Assembly (NCBI GenBank): GCA_024653945.1
Contig: JANLIT010000004.1
Coordinates: forward strand, 13,281 to 77,280
Length of the DNA: 64,000 nucleotides
Source of the DNA: Candidatus Campbellbacteria bacterium
GTDB taxonomy: Bacteria > Patescibacteriota > Minisyncoccia > Phycocordibacterales > EsbW-18
Direction: 5' to 3'
Shown here: piece after piece, positions 17,324 to 25,610 of the stretch
Layout: every line of letters begins with the position of its first letter
Numbering within the stretch: position 1 is the first letter of the stretch
Position numbers and translations under genes: made by a program
Notes under the pieces: model-generated
What the model was told of the DNA's origin: nothing
The model's input: the letters and a program-made list of their open reading frames with translations, nothing else
The model's database searches: none

Positions 17324-17398
17324 GCCACCTTCCTTTCAAGTTCCCTTGAAGGCCACAATATCATGTTTTTTTACCCTCTTCCACCTCCTTTCAGTCAC

Positions 17399-17647
17399 CT
17401 AAAAATTAAAAAAACTTTCAATGCTACTTTGTTCCCCATCACCATTTCCTGTTAAAGATTGTATTGTATCAATGTAGGGTTGTATAAGGTAGAACGCACC
17501 AACCGAAGCACCGATAATAATTGCCCAATAGACTACACGCATAACACTTCCCACCATAATGTGTCGATACATTTTTCTAACAAGAATATTTGTTTCTTTT
17601 GCAAGTGTGGCGGTTTCTTCAAGAAGTTTTTTTTCTTCAGGTGTCAT
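17399..17647 (-). CDS. hypothetical small membrane protein
   Basis: ORF with one TM segment; start set at MTPEEKK to avoid overlap with tRNA-Arg. Confidence 0.35.
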   Translation of the reverse strand: MTPEEKKLLEETATLAKETNILVRKMYRHIMVGSVMRVVYWAIIIGASVGAFYLIQPYIDTIQSLTGNGDGEQSSIESFFNF

Positions 17648-17699
17648 ATGAGTAGTATATCGTATATAGGATTTAGTATATAGTAAGAAGTTGTATAAA

Positions 17700-17771
17700 G
17701 CCCCCATAGCTCAACGGATAGAGCAGTTCCGTCCTAAGGAAAAAATCCTCGTTCAATTCGGGGTGGGGGCA
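17700..17771 (+). tRNA. tRNA-Arg(CCT)
   Basis: Acceptor GCCCCCA/TGGGGGC; anticodon loop GTCCTAA; T-arm CCTCGTTCAATTCGGGG. Confidence 0.75.
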
Positions 17772-18307
17772 CTTGAAGTGATTCTACGTGGCGTAGCGTG
17801 TGCTCGGATAATAAATCCCATTTTCCAATCAATAACCACACTCCAACCAGATTCTTGTAGTGTTTCGAGTGTTGGCCGATTCAGGTGACAATTATAGGCA
17901 AACGCTGACCACCGTGGTGTTGCTCTATCAGCAATATAGCGAAGACATGTGTTGGAGGGACGAATATGTTCAACCATATGCAGTACCCCACCTGGACGAA
18001 GTACTCGCTCAATCTCATTAAGAACCTTTTTTTGGTTAGAGACGGAACACAAAACAAGACTAGAGACAACGTGGTCAAAACTACCGTTAGAAAAGGGGAG
18101 GTTCTCAGCTGATATGTGTGTAATACTTACTGGTATCTTAACACCACCTGCAACCTTCACTGCTTTTTGGTACTGCTCATAGTTAGGTTCAATACCAGCG
18201 ACAGAAGAGGCGTGTGTATACAGTGGTATGTTTTGCCCTGCTCCAACACCAATCTCAAGTACGTCACCAGTGAGTTCTGCAACAAGTTTTTTTCTCCAAT
18301 TCAACAT
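17753..18307 (-). CDS. class I SAM-dependent methyltransferase
   Basis: Motif I VLEIGVGAG; LRPGGVL; the 3' end overlaps tRNA-Arg by 19 nt, so the exact stop is uncertain. Confidence 0.6.
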   Translation of the reverse strand: MLNWRKKLVAELTGDVLEIGVGAGQNIPLYTHASSVAGIEPNYEQYQKAVKVAGGVKIPVSITHISAENLPFSNGSFDHVVSSLVLCSVSNQKKVLNEIERVLRPGGVLHMVEHIRPSNTCLRYIADRATPRWSAFAYNCHLNRPTLETLQESGWSVVIDWKMGFIIRAHATPRRITSSAPTPN

Positions 18308-18399
18308 AATGTGCGAGTAGCGAGAACCTGCCTGCCGGCAGGCGGGTCGAACTCGGGTCTTAACCTTGGCCCTGCAATAATTTTGCGGACCTGTGCGAG

Positions 18400-18537
18400 T
18401 GGTGGGAATCGGTCACGAGTTACTAATTCGCTTCGCTCATAAGTACTCTCGACCCCGCCTCCCAAATTGTCACACTGTGATAATTTGGTCCGGCCTTCGA
18501 TTCCCGCGCATCCATCAAAAAAATAATTTTTTGATTG
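18400..18537 (-). repeat. TLE downstream of tRNA-Gly
   Basis: After the tRNA comes a hairpin ATCAAAAAATTATTTTTTTGAT, then motifs GGAATCGAAGGCCGGA and GAGGCGGGGTCGAGA, then AGTACTTATGAGCGAAGCGAATTAGTAACT, then CGTGACCGATTCCCACCACTCGCACA, which is a partial copy of the tRNA-Gly 3' end. Confidence 0.6.
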
Positions 18538-18608
18538 TGCGAGTGGCGGGAATCGAACCCGCGTCAGATGCTTGGGAAGCATCCATTCGACCACTGAACT
18601 ACACTCGC
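18538..18608 (-). tRNA. tRNA-Gly(CCC); CCA not encoded
   Basis: Acceptor GCGAGTG/CACTCGC; anticodon loop TTCCCAA; T-arm GCGGGTTCGATTCCCGC. Confidence 0.85.
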
Positions 18609-18758
18609 AAAATTCTTCAGGATTGCGATTTACAATACACTCGTTTCACTCGTGATTCAAGAGAATGTACTCCAAGAGTGAATCTACTGATTCACCTACT
18701 GGGTGTGTAAATCGGGAAGAATGTCACATTCTGAAACTCAAACCTGTACCCGCTTGTT

Positions 18759-19130
18759 CTACCACAACCACTCCCACAACCTACCCCACCACCCAACTTC
18801 CACTTCTTCTGTACTCGACGCTTCTTCATCATTGATGAGTATAATCACTTTTTCTCCAGATTTAGCAATACTATATCGTTCGCGTAACTTTGATTCAACA
18901 CCCGCAACTGTTTCCATAGATTCTATTTCAGAAGAAAGAAATTCCTTGCGTTGTATAAGATCTTCATACTGTCCTTGTACACGCGCACGTGCCTCTTCTG
19001 CTTGTTCTTTTTTTTGAAAAATATCCCAGAGCTCTTTTCCACCAATAAACAGTAGCCCAAGTAATACTGCGATAGTAACGTTTGAGTAGAGTAACTTTCG
19101 AGCTCGTTGTCGTTGTCTAAAGTCTGCCAT
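18759..19130 (-). CDS. FtsB/DivIC-like septum-formation initiator family protein (membrane-anchored coiled coil)
   Basis: N-terminal TM helix followed by a coiled-coil segment; roughly 120 aa. Confidence 0.35.
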   Translation of the reverse strand: MADFRQRQRARKLLYSNVTIAVLLGLLFIGGKELWDIFQKKEQAEEARARVQGQYEDLIQRKEFLSSEIESMETVAGVESKLRERYSIAKSGEKVIILINDEEASSTEEVEVGWWGRLWEWLW

Positions 19131-19306
19131 AGAGTAAATCTAGTATACCGCAAAATGCTGTGGTACAATCTTTTTTGTTATATGCTATTTCAAAAGAAAA
19201 CACAAAAGGTGGTAAGGGCGATTTGGATGGTGGTCGTTATTTTGGTTATCATCAGTATGATTGCCCTCTATACACCATCCATTTTCTAATAAACCCTTAC
19301 CCGACT

Positions 19307-21094
19307 CTACTCTTTAACCATTTTGAGGAACACATCGTGGGGAATGTTTACTTTTGCGTTTTTAAGCATTTTCTTCTTTCCTCTCTTTTGTTTTTCTAAG
19401 AGTTTCATTTTTCGCGTAATATCACCTCCATACAAATATCCAGTCACGTCTTTTCGCATGGCCTTCAAACTATCTGAGGCAACAATACGCCCCTTGGCAC
19501 GCGCCTGAATCTTTGTCACAAATAATTGTCGTGGAAGAGCTGATGCAAGTTTTTCTACCGCCTTGCGGGCTTCTTCCTCGAGAGTTCTGTGTGATACAAC
19601 GCGTGAAAATGCTGTTACCACTTCGTCCGCAACAAGAATATCCAGACGGACCACATCCGCGTCTTTCATTTCGGTCAATTCATATGACAGAGATGCGTAG
19701 CCCGCCGTCACACTTTTTACCGCATCAAAAAATCCACGCATTAATTCACGTAGTGGCATCGCAAGAGAAAGCGATACACGTCCATCACGAAATGTTTTTG
19801 AATCCTCCAACGAAGCCTCGTGGTCATACAGTAATTGCATGAGAGCATTCATATATGCCGATGGTGTAATGAGGTGCACAGCAACCCACGGCTCACGTAT
19901 TCGTGTTGCTGTGCCATGGTCTGGAAAAAGAGCTGGAGAATAAATCATTTCTGTTTCACCATTTTTGTAGGTAACTTCATACGTAATTGATGGCGTGGTC
20001 ACAATCATTGAAAGATTGGACTCTCGGCGCAATCGTTCGGTCACAATTTCAAGATGAAGCATTCCCAAAAAACCACAACGAAATCCGCGACCAAGTGTTC
20101 CTGATGCTTCCTCTTCATATGAAAGAGACGAGTCAGAAAGACGCAAACGTTCAAGTGCTTGTCGCAGTAGTGTGAAGTCATCTTGTCCTTCAGGAAAAAT
20201 ACTTGCCCACACAACTGGCTTTGGTTGTTGATATCCAGGGAGGGCTTCTGCTGGATCTTTTGGTTTAGTGAGTGTGTCACCAACAGATGCAATACCTGGT
20301 TTTTTAATACCCGTCACGATGTATCCAATCTCACCAGGACCGAGAGATTCCATGAGATGCTCTTGTGGTGTGAACACACCAACCTCTCCTGCGAAACATT
20401 CCTCACCCGCGGCAACAAAAGAGAGTCTGTCTTTGCCGGACACACTTCCGTTTACAATACGGGTATGCACAATAATTCCGCGATGGTTTGAATACGTAAA
20501 ATCAAAAACAAGCGCTTGTAACTTTTCACCTGTTGGTTCTTTTGGTGGTGGAATACGTCGTACTATTTCTTCCAATAATTCGGCGACACCCTCTCCTGTT
20601 CGTCCTGACACTTTCATAATAGTGTTGGGGTCACAGGTAAGTATTTCAATAATTTCCAATGCAACATCCTCAATACGTGCAAGGGGTGAATCAATTTTTG
20701 AAAGCACTGGAATTATGGTAAGACCTTGTTCGCGCGCCATAGCAAGTGTGGTAAGTGTTTGTGCCTGCACTCCTTGTGTTGCGTCAACAAGTAACAGTGT
20801 TCCTTCAACGGCCTTGAGGGCGCGCGATACCTCATATGAGAAATCTATATGTCCAGGTGTGTCAATGAGGTTAAGAACGTGCTTCTCCCCCCCTGTGCTG
20901 AAATCCATGCGTACAGGGGCCATTTTGATGGTAATACCGCGCTCACGCTCCAAATCCATTGAATCAAGCACCTGCTCGCGCATTTTTCGTTTCTCTATGG
21001 TATGTGTCACCTCAAGCATGCGGTCAGCCAATGTGGACTTACCGTGATCAATGTGGGCGATAATACTAAAATTTCTAATGAGTCGTGATGGCAT
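19307..21094 (-). CDS. lepA: elongation factor 4 (LepA)
   Basis: NFSIIAHIDHGKSTLADR G1 motif; length and LepA-specific C-terminal domain. Confidence 0.9.
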   Translation of the reverse strand: MPSRLIRNFSIIAHIDHGKSTLADRMLEVTHTIEKRKMREQVLDSMDLERERGITIKMAPVRMDFSTGGEKHVLNLIDTPGHIDFSYEVSRALKAVEGTLLLVDATQGVQAQTLTTLAMAREQGLTIIPVLSKIDSPLARIEDVALEIIEILTCDPNTIMKVSGRTGEGVAELLEEIVRRIPPPKEPTGEKLQALVFDFTYSNHRGIIVHTRIVNGSVSGKDRLSFVAAGEECFAGEVGVFTPQEHLMESLGPGEIGYIVTGIKKPGIASVGDTLTKPKDPAEALPGYQQPKPVVWASIFPEGQDDFTLLRQALERLRLSDSSLSYEEEASGTLGRGFRCGFLGMLHLEIVTERLRRESNLSMIVTTPSITYEVTYKNGETEMIYSPALFPDHGTATRIREPWVAVHLITPSAYMNALMQLLYDHEASLEDSKTFRDGRVSLSLAMPLRELMRGFFDAVKSVTAGYASLSYELTEMKDADVVRLDILVADEVVTAFSRVVSHRTLEEEARKAVEKLASALPRQLFVTKIQARAKGRIVASDSLKAMRKDVTGYLYGGDITRKMKLLEKQKRGKKKMLKNAKVNIPHDVFLKMVKE

Positions 21095-21137
21095 AGTAGG
21101 TCAATCCTACCAGAAAAACAGCGTTGTGAAAGGAGTA

Positions 21138-22814
21138 CTACAATTCTTCTGGACTTGGTGCAATAGGTTTTGTGCGCCAGAATTTAACATGGACTGTTTG
21201 CCACATCTCTGCAAGCTCGTTATTTTTTAGACCAATGAGCACCAAAACACCCGCGGCCACTCCAACAATACCCGCACTTACTCCGTGCACAAGAACTCCA
21301 GCGAACGAATCAAGATTTATAAAAGGTTCAAGCACATGTAGGGTCATATACGCACCCGCTCCAGCGATTATTGAAGCAGCAAAACTTTGCCAAAACGTTT
21401 TATACATACTAGAAGGAAGGTGGCCACCGAAATCGTGTCTGAAAAGTAACCAGAAAGCGGTCGCATTGCACATCATGCCAACGGTATATCCAAATGAAAG
21501 CATAATAATAACAGCACCAGAAACATCGCTGATACGAAAGAGTGATTCCACAAAAAACCGTACCCCTTCAAATGAACGGTAGAGCCACACACTCCCGTAC
21601 GCAGTAAGAAGTGTGAGGACCGATGTAGAAACATTAATCCAAAACGGTCGAGCCGTTTTTCCAGCAGCATAGTACCCACGAACAAAAAGTAGCACCAAAC
21701 TATGTGCAACAAGTGAGACCACAAGCATTGCCATTACTGCGGCAGTTAAACGTGTTGCTGACCAATCAAATGCACCCGATCCCAACAGAAGGCGGACGAT
21801 GTGTGCACGCAATACGATAAATAACACAGTTGCCGGGAGAGACCAAAAGAGAATGTGCCGAACAGCAACTAATAAATGATCTATAAAAACGTCTCGCTTC
21901 CCTTCTGAAAAAAGATTTACCAATGTCGGAAATGCCGCAACAGAATATGAAACACCAATAATGGTGAGTGGTGCAAGATTAATATTTAATGCAAATGTAA
22001 ATACAGCAATGGACCCTTCAGGAAAACGCGACGCCATACCAATGAGTATCATTAATATAATTTGATCGAACGCGAGAGTCATTGTCCGTGGAATAGAAAC
22101 CATAACCAATAATTTAATATCTGGCCATGAAATGGTACGTGTAAGTTTTGGCACAAGTCGCTCTTTGATAAGAGTGGGAATTTGCACACAGAGGTGGAGC
22201 ACGGCGCCAAGAACGACACCGTACGTAAGTCCTTGAATTCCAAACATCGGATACAGCACCACGACACCAACAATAATACCGATGTTATACACAAGCGGAG
22301 AAATCGCGTACACAAAAAACTTTTTTGTAATTTGAGTAACGCTCGCCACAATGTTAGAAAGACCAAGAAATATTGGAGAAAGAAGAAGAATTCGTGTCAG
22401 CATAACCAATGTGTCGTGTTGTTCTGGTGAAAATCCTGGATACAGAAAATCTGAAAGAGCTGGAATGAAAAACCACAGAACAGCACTCACGCCAACCATG
22501 AAGAATGTGAATACGGTTGTTATCTCAGAAAGAAAACGGCGAGCATCCTCCCTATCATCTATTTTTTTTGCAAGAAACGGAATAAGAACGAATAGAGACA
22601 CAAATGACGCGATGGACGCAAACACCACGTCTGGAATTCGAAAGGCGGCATAGTACACATCTAGAGTCGCGCTCGCTCCAAAGGCATGGGCCAGCAACCT
22701 ATCTCGAATAAGCCCCAGAACTTGTGATGCAAGCGAGAAAATGGCAATAGTATATGCCGCCTGGTGAAGACCCTCTATTTTTGTTGAAAAAAGTGCAAAA
22801 AACCTTTGTATCAT
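21138..22814 (-). CDS. murJ: lipid II flippase MurJ (MviN)
   Basis: About 14 TM helices; MurJ N-terminal signature ...LIRDRLLAHAFGASATLDVYYAAFRIPD... Confidence 0.85.
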   Translation of the reverse strand: MIQRFFALFSTKIEGLHQAAYTIAIFSLASQVLGLIRDRLLAHAFGASATLDVYYAAFRIPDVVFASIASFVSLFVLIPFLAKKIDDREDARRFLSEITTVFTFFMVGVSAVLWFFIPALSDFLYPGFSPEQHDTLVMLTRILLLSPIFLGLSNIVASVTQITKKFFVYAISPLVYNIGIIVGVVVLYPMFGIQGLTYGVVLGAVLHLCVQIPTLIKERLVPKLTRTISWPDIKLLVMVSIPRTMTLAFDQIILMILIGMASRFPEGSIAVFTFALNINLAPLTIIGVSYSVAAFPTLVNLFSEGKRDVFIDHLLVAVRHILFWSLPATVLFIVLRAHIVRLLLGSGAFDWSATRLTAAVMAMLVVSLVAHSLVLLFVRGYYAAGKTARPFWINVSTSVLTLLTAYGSVWLYRSFEGVRFFVESLFRISDVSGAVIIMLSFGYTVGMMCNATAFWLLFRHDFGGHLPSSMYKTFWQSFAASIIAGAGAYMTLHVLEPFINLDSFAGVLVHGVSAGIVGVAAGVLVLIGLKNNELAEMWQTVHVKFWRTKPIAPSPEEL

Positions 22815-22904
22815 ACTGATTTATGTTCGTCACAAATGATACCAGGTTACAGGATAAGAGTCATTGTATAAGTTGTTTATGGCACTTGCTTTTGTATAAA
22901 ACCA

Positions 22905-23402
22905 CACGTATACTTCTGAAGCTTGTACAGGGCAATCGCGCCTGTGTTCTTTCACAGAGTGAGGAAAGTCCGAACATGTGCCAATTTTGCCTACCGAAGG
23001 TAGTTGTAACAATTGAGCATCCCGCCGAAACACTTTAGTGTGAAGGCGGGGCCCTATAACTTTTTGAAGTTACAATGGGACGCTTGAACGTGCAAACATC
23101 TTCGGTGGGTGAAATTAGCAGGACGGTAGTGGGTAACGCCCACCATACGCAAGTATAGAGGTACGAGCAGTGACGGTTTGTGTGGCAACGCACAAACAAT
23201 CCCTTGTGGATTATTTCGGTGGCAACATCGAAGTGAAACGGCAAAATCCTTACCTACATGCAAGGTCGTGCCATATTTTTGTTTTACAAAAACATGGAGA
23301 ACCGCAAAGACATCGTGTGTAAATACGATGCAAGATAAATGATTGTCACCAAGCGCTCGCAAGAGAGTGCTGGTACAGAATTCGGCTTACACGTACAAGT
23401 AC
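22905..23402 (+). ncRNA. rnpB: RNase P RNA (bacterial type, rnpB), about 500 nt
   Basis: Conserved P4 strands GAGGAAAGTCCG (22961-) and ACAGAATTCGGCTTA (23374-); P1 pairing cttgtac/gtacaag; a terminator follows at 23409-23436. Confidence 0.75.
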
Positions 23403-23408
23403 TATCAT

Positions 23409-23436
23409 AAAAACCCGCTTCACGCGGGTTTTTGTG
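23409..23436 (+). terminator. rho-independent terminator after rnpB
   Basis: aaacccgcttcacgcgggttt hairpin followed by a T-run. Confidence 0.7.
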
Positions 23437-23443
23437 TTTCTTG

Positions 23444-23893
23444 TTATTTAAATACCACCTCAAGTTGTGTTCCCTTCTCGATATGTAGTTCGTTTGATAC
23501 GCCAGCATTTACTTCGAGTACATACAGGGCTTTTTCGTTTGGTATAAAGACACTTGGATAGGTTTCTGGTGACACATTTTGTTCAAGGTGCACAACGGTG
23601 AAGTTGTTATCTAACCAAATGATATCAAGCGAAAAAAACATATCCTTCATCCAAAAACCATATACATCAGAAGTGTCAAAAACAAAAAGCATTCCTGTAT
23701 TTGGCAACAGTGATTTTCGACCACTAAGACCTTGCGTTCTTAATTCTGGTGTATCAACCACTTCAAATGCTAGTGTTTTATCGTCAATCGACACCGTTGC
23801 TATCTTCGGTGAATCTTGTGGTATACGTACAAAAAAAGCGAGAGCAATTGCCCCCATACATATACCAGCAAAAATCAACAAAACAGTTTTCAT
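23444..23893 (-). CDS. DUF192 domain protein (COG1430)
   Basis: Signal/TM segment; GMLFVF...GFWMKDMFFSLDIIWLD...VLEVNAG; start set at MKTVLLIF. Confidence 0.6.
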   Translation of the reverse strand: MKTVLLIFAGICMGAIALAFFVRIPQDSPKIATVSIDDKTLAFEVVDTPELRTQGLSGRKSLLPNTGMLFVFDTSDVYGFWMKDMFFSLDIIWLDNNFTVVHLEQNVSPETYPSVFIPNEKALYVLEVNAGVSNELHIEKGTQLEVVFK

Positions 23894-23934
23894 ATTGCGG
23901 GCTTCGCCACGCCGAAGGTTTGCTACTGCGAACC

Positions 23935-24081
23935 GAAGGCGGGCCCACGAGGAATCGGTCACGAATCACTAAGTATTTTTGTTTCCTACGGAACCAAAAA
24001 TTCTAAGTGTTCTCGACCCCGCCTCAGCATATCTGCTTCCGGCTTTCGATTCCTCATATTAAATTACATTTTAATTATAAT
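23935..24081 (-). repeat. TLE downstream of tRNA-Trp
   Basis: 19-nt exact copy of the tRNA-Trp 3' end (gcgggcccacgaggaatcg at 23941-23959 and 24081-24099); shares GGAATCGAAAGCCGGA, GAGGCGGGGTCGAGA and TACTTAGTGATTCGTGACCGATTCC with the Gly copy. Confidence 0.6.
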
Positions 24082-24152
24082 GCGGGCCCACGAGGAATCG
24101 AACCTCGATCACCGGTTTTGGAGACCGGAGTTTTACCACTAAACTATAGGCC
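24082..24152 (-). tRNA. tRNA-Trp(CCA); CCA not encoded
   Basis: Acceptor GGGCCTA/TGGGCCC; anticodon stem CCGGT/ACCGG with loop CTCCAAA; T-arm CGAGGTTCGATTCCTCG. Confidence 0.85.
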
Positions 24153-24265
24153 CGAAATGAGGAACAGAGAGAAGCTTGCTTACTCTTTGTCTCCGAATGA
24201 GGGCCTATATCGAGTAAGCGAAAATATAGGCCCCTATTTAGGCATTGTACCAGTTTTACTTCCCC

Positions 24266-24296
24266 TATGAAAACAGCCCCTGCTGGGCTGTTTTGC
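24266..24296 (-). terminator. hairpin terminator downstream of rpmG
   Basis: aaacagcccctgctgggctgttt stem-loop. Confidence 0.5.
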
Positions 24297-24300
24297 TTCT

Positions 24301-24468
24301 TTATTTCTTTACTTGTTTATACGCAACATGCTCCCGCAGTGTTGGGTCAAATTTCTTAAATTCAAGGCGCTCTTTATTTTGAGCCCCCTTACTCTTTTTG
24401 TTGCGACGGGTCCAATACATGTGGTCGGACTTGGTCGATTTCATTTTTACGAGTGCGTCTTGTGACAT
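24301..24468 (-). CDS. rpmG: 50S ribosomal protein L33 (55 aa; not in the ORF track)
   Basis: Manual translation gives MSQDALVKMKSTKSDHMYWTRRNKKSKGAQNKERLEFKKFDPTLREHVAYKQVKK, matching the L33 consensus (TxKNKR..PEKLEL.KFDP..R.HV.YKE.K). Confidence 0.8.
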   Translation of the reverse strand: MSQDALVKMKSTKSDHMYWTRRNKKSKGAQNKERLEFKKFDPTLREHVAYKQVKK

Positions 24469-24508
24469 AGTGGAGATATACTAGCACGGGAATTAGTCAC
24501 GCGCAAAC

Positions 24509-25300
24509 ATGACTTTTTGGTACCCAGTGCGATATACTAACCTTATGTCCGAGGAAAAAACCACTGAAAAAAAGATTTCCGTGCAAGATTTGCACCAAGC
24601 TGTGTCGTATATTAAAACACTCATTTTAGATGAGGAGCACTTACTTGATGATACCGAGCATCTTAAAAAGATTCTTTCACAAGCATCTGTTGGTTTTGAC
24701 GCAGAAAAAGATCATGACGTGATTGAAAAACTTCACTCCCAGCTCCACTACCTACGCACAATGGTGTACAAAGACGAGTTGACAGGAATTCTCAACAGAC
24801 GCGGTATTCATGAAGAATTTACCTCATTCTTTGAAGAGGCAAAATTTAGTGAAGAAAATAAGGGTAAAAGAACGGGAGTCACCATTCACGACTTCTCTAT
24901 TCTTTTTATTGATTTGGATAATTTCAAAAATATTAATGACACATTGGGACATGATGCGGGAGATGAAATACTAAAAAAAATTGGCTCTATACTCAAAGCC
25001 GATATGCGTGACACTGATGCAGTTGGTCGTTTTGGAGGTGAAGAGTTTGTTGTTGCCATGCTCGGTACAACAGAGGATGATGCCTATATAAAAGCTGAAA
25101 AAATAAGAGCGCACATTGAGGGAACACTTTGTCTTGAGCCTTCTGCGTGTGTAACTGCAAGTATTGGCGTCGCTTCACTCCACACCACAAAAGCAGAAAC
25201 ACTGGAGCGGTTGATAACCTTTGCCGACCAAGCTATGTACGAAGCAAAAACAAAAAGAAGTAAAAATAATGTCGTAAAATATAGTGAGTTGAAGAAATAA
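24509..25300 (+). CDS. GGDEF-domain diguanylate cyclase with N-terminal coiled coil
   Basis: LTGILNRRG, DLDNFKNINDTLGH and RFGGEEF (GGEEF) motifs; alternative start near 24545. Confidence 0.75.
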   Translation: MTFWYPVRYTNLMSEEKTTEKKISVQDLHQAVSYIKTLILDEEHLLDDTEHLKKILSQASVGFDAEKDHDVIEKLHSQLHYLRTMVYKDELTGILNRRGIHEEFTSFFEEAKFSEENKGKRTGVTIHDFSILFIDLDNFKNINDTLGHDAGDEILKKIGSILKADMRDTDAVGRFGGEEFVVAMLGTTEDDAYIKAEKIRAHIEGTLCLEPSACVTASIGVASLHTTKAETLERLITFADQAMYEAKTKRSKNNVVKYSELKK

Positions 25301-25329
25301 GAAGCTGGGGAGGACCGCGAGTACGCTTT

Positions 25330-25486
25330 TCTCCCTCGACTAAACTTTTGCCGTCGCAAAAGTTTGTCTGGGCACCACCTCACGAAATTTTCTACTGAAA
25401 ATTTCGCTCCGGTGTTCGAATCCTCCTCTTCCAACAGCGTCAGAATGAAAAATACACCAGGCATTGCTGGTGTATTTTTCATTCTG
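25330..25486 (-). repeat. divergent TLE-like region downstream of tRNA-Tyr, including a perfect 20-bp-stem hairpin
   Basis: Stem cagaatgaaaaatacaccag/ctggtgtatttttcattctg at 25441-25486 directly abuts the tRNA; GGAGGATTCGAACACCGGAGCG resembles the GGAATTCGAATGACGGAGC motif of the Glu copy; 9-bp inverted repeat GAAATTTTC/GAAAATTTC. Confidence 0.45.
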
Positions 25487-25569
25487 TGCGCCGGGGAGGA
25501 TTCGAACCTCCGTAGCCCGAAGGCGCTAGATTTACAGTCTAGTGCGATTGACCGCTCCGCCACCGACGC
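25487..25569 (-). tRNA. tRNA-Tyr(GTA), type II; CCA not encoded
   Basis: Acceptor GCGTCGG/CCGGCGC; anticodon loop CTGTAAA; long variable arm; T-arm GGAGGTTCGAATCCTCC. Confidence 0.85.
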
Positions 25570-25610
25570 ATCGAGGTATACGTTACAACAAAAAAACAGT
25601 AAACGCAAAA

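Noticed and set aside
18301-18710. ORFs 18301-18594 (minus strand) and 18393-18710 (plus strand)
   Set aside because: They overlap tRNA-Gly and its downstream repeat element, with no coding signal.
23035-23508. Several 69-102 aa ORFs on the minus strand across 23035-23508
   Set aside because: They overlap the RNase P RNA gene, whose conserved P4 strands and terminator are clear.
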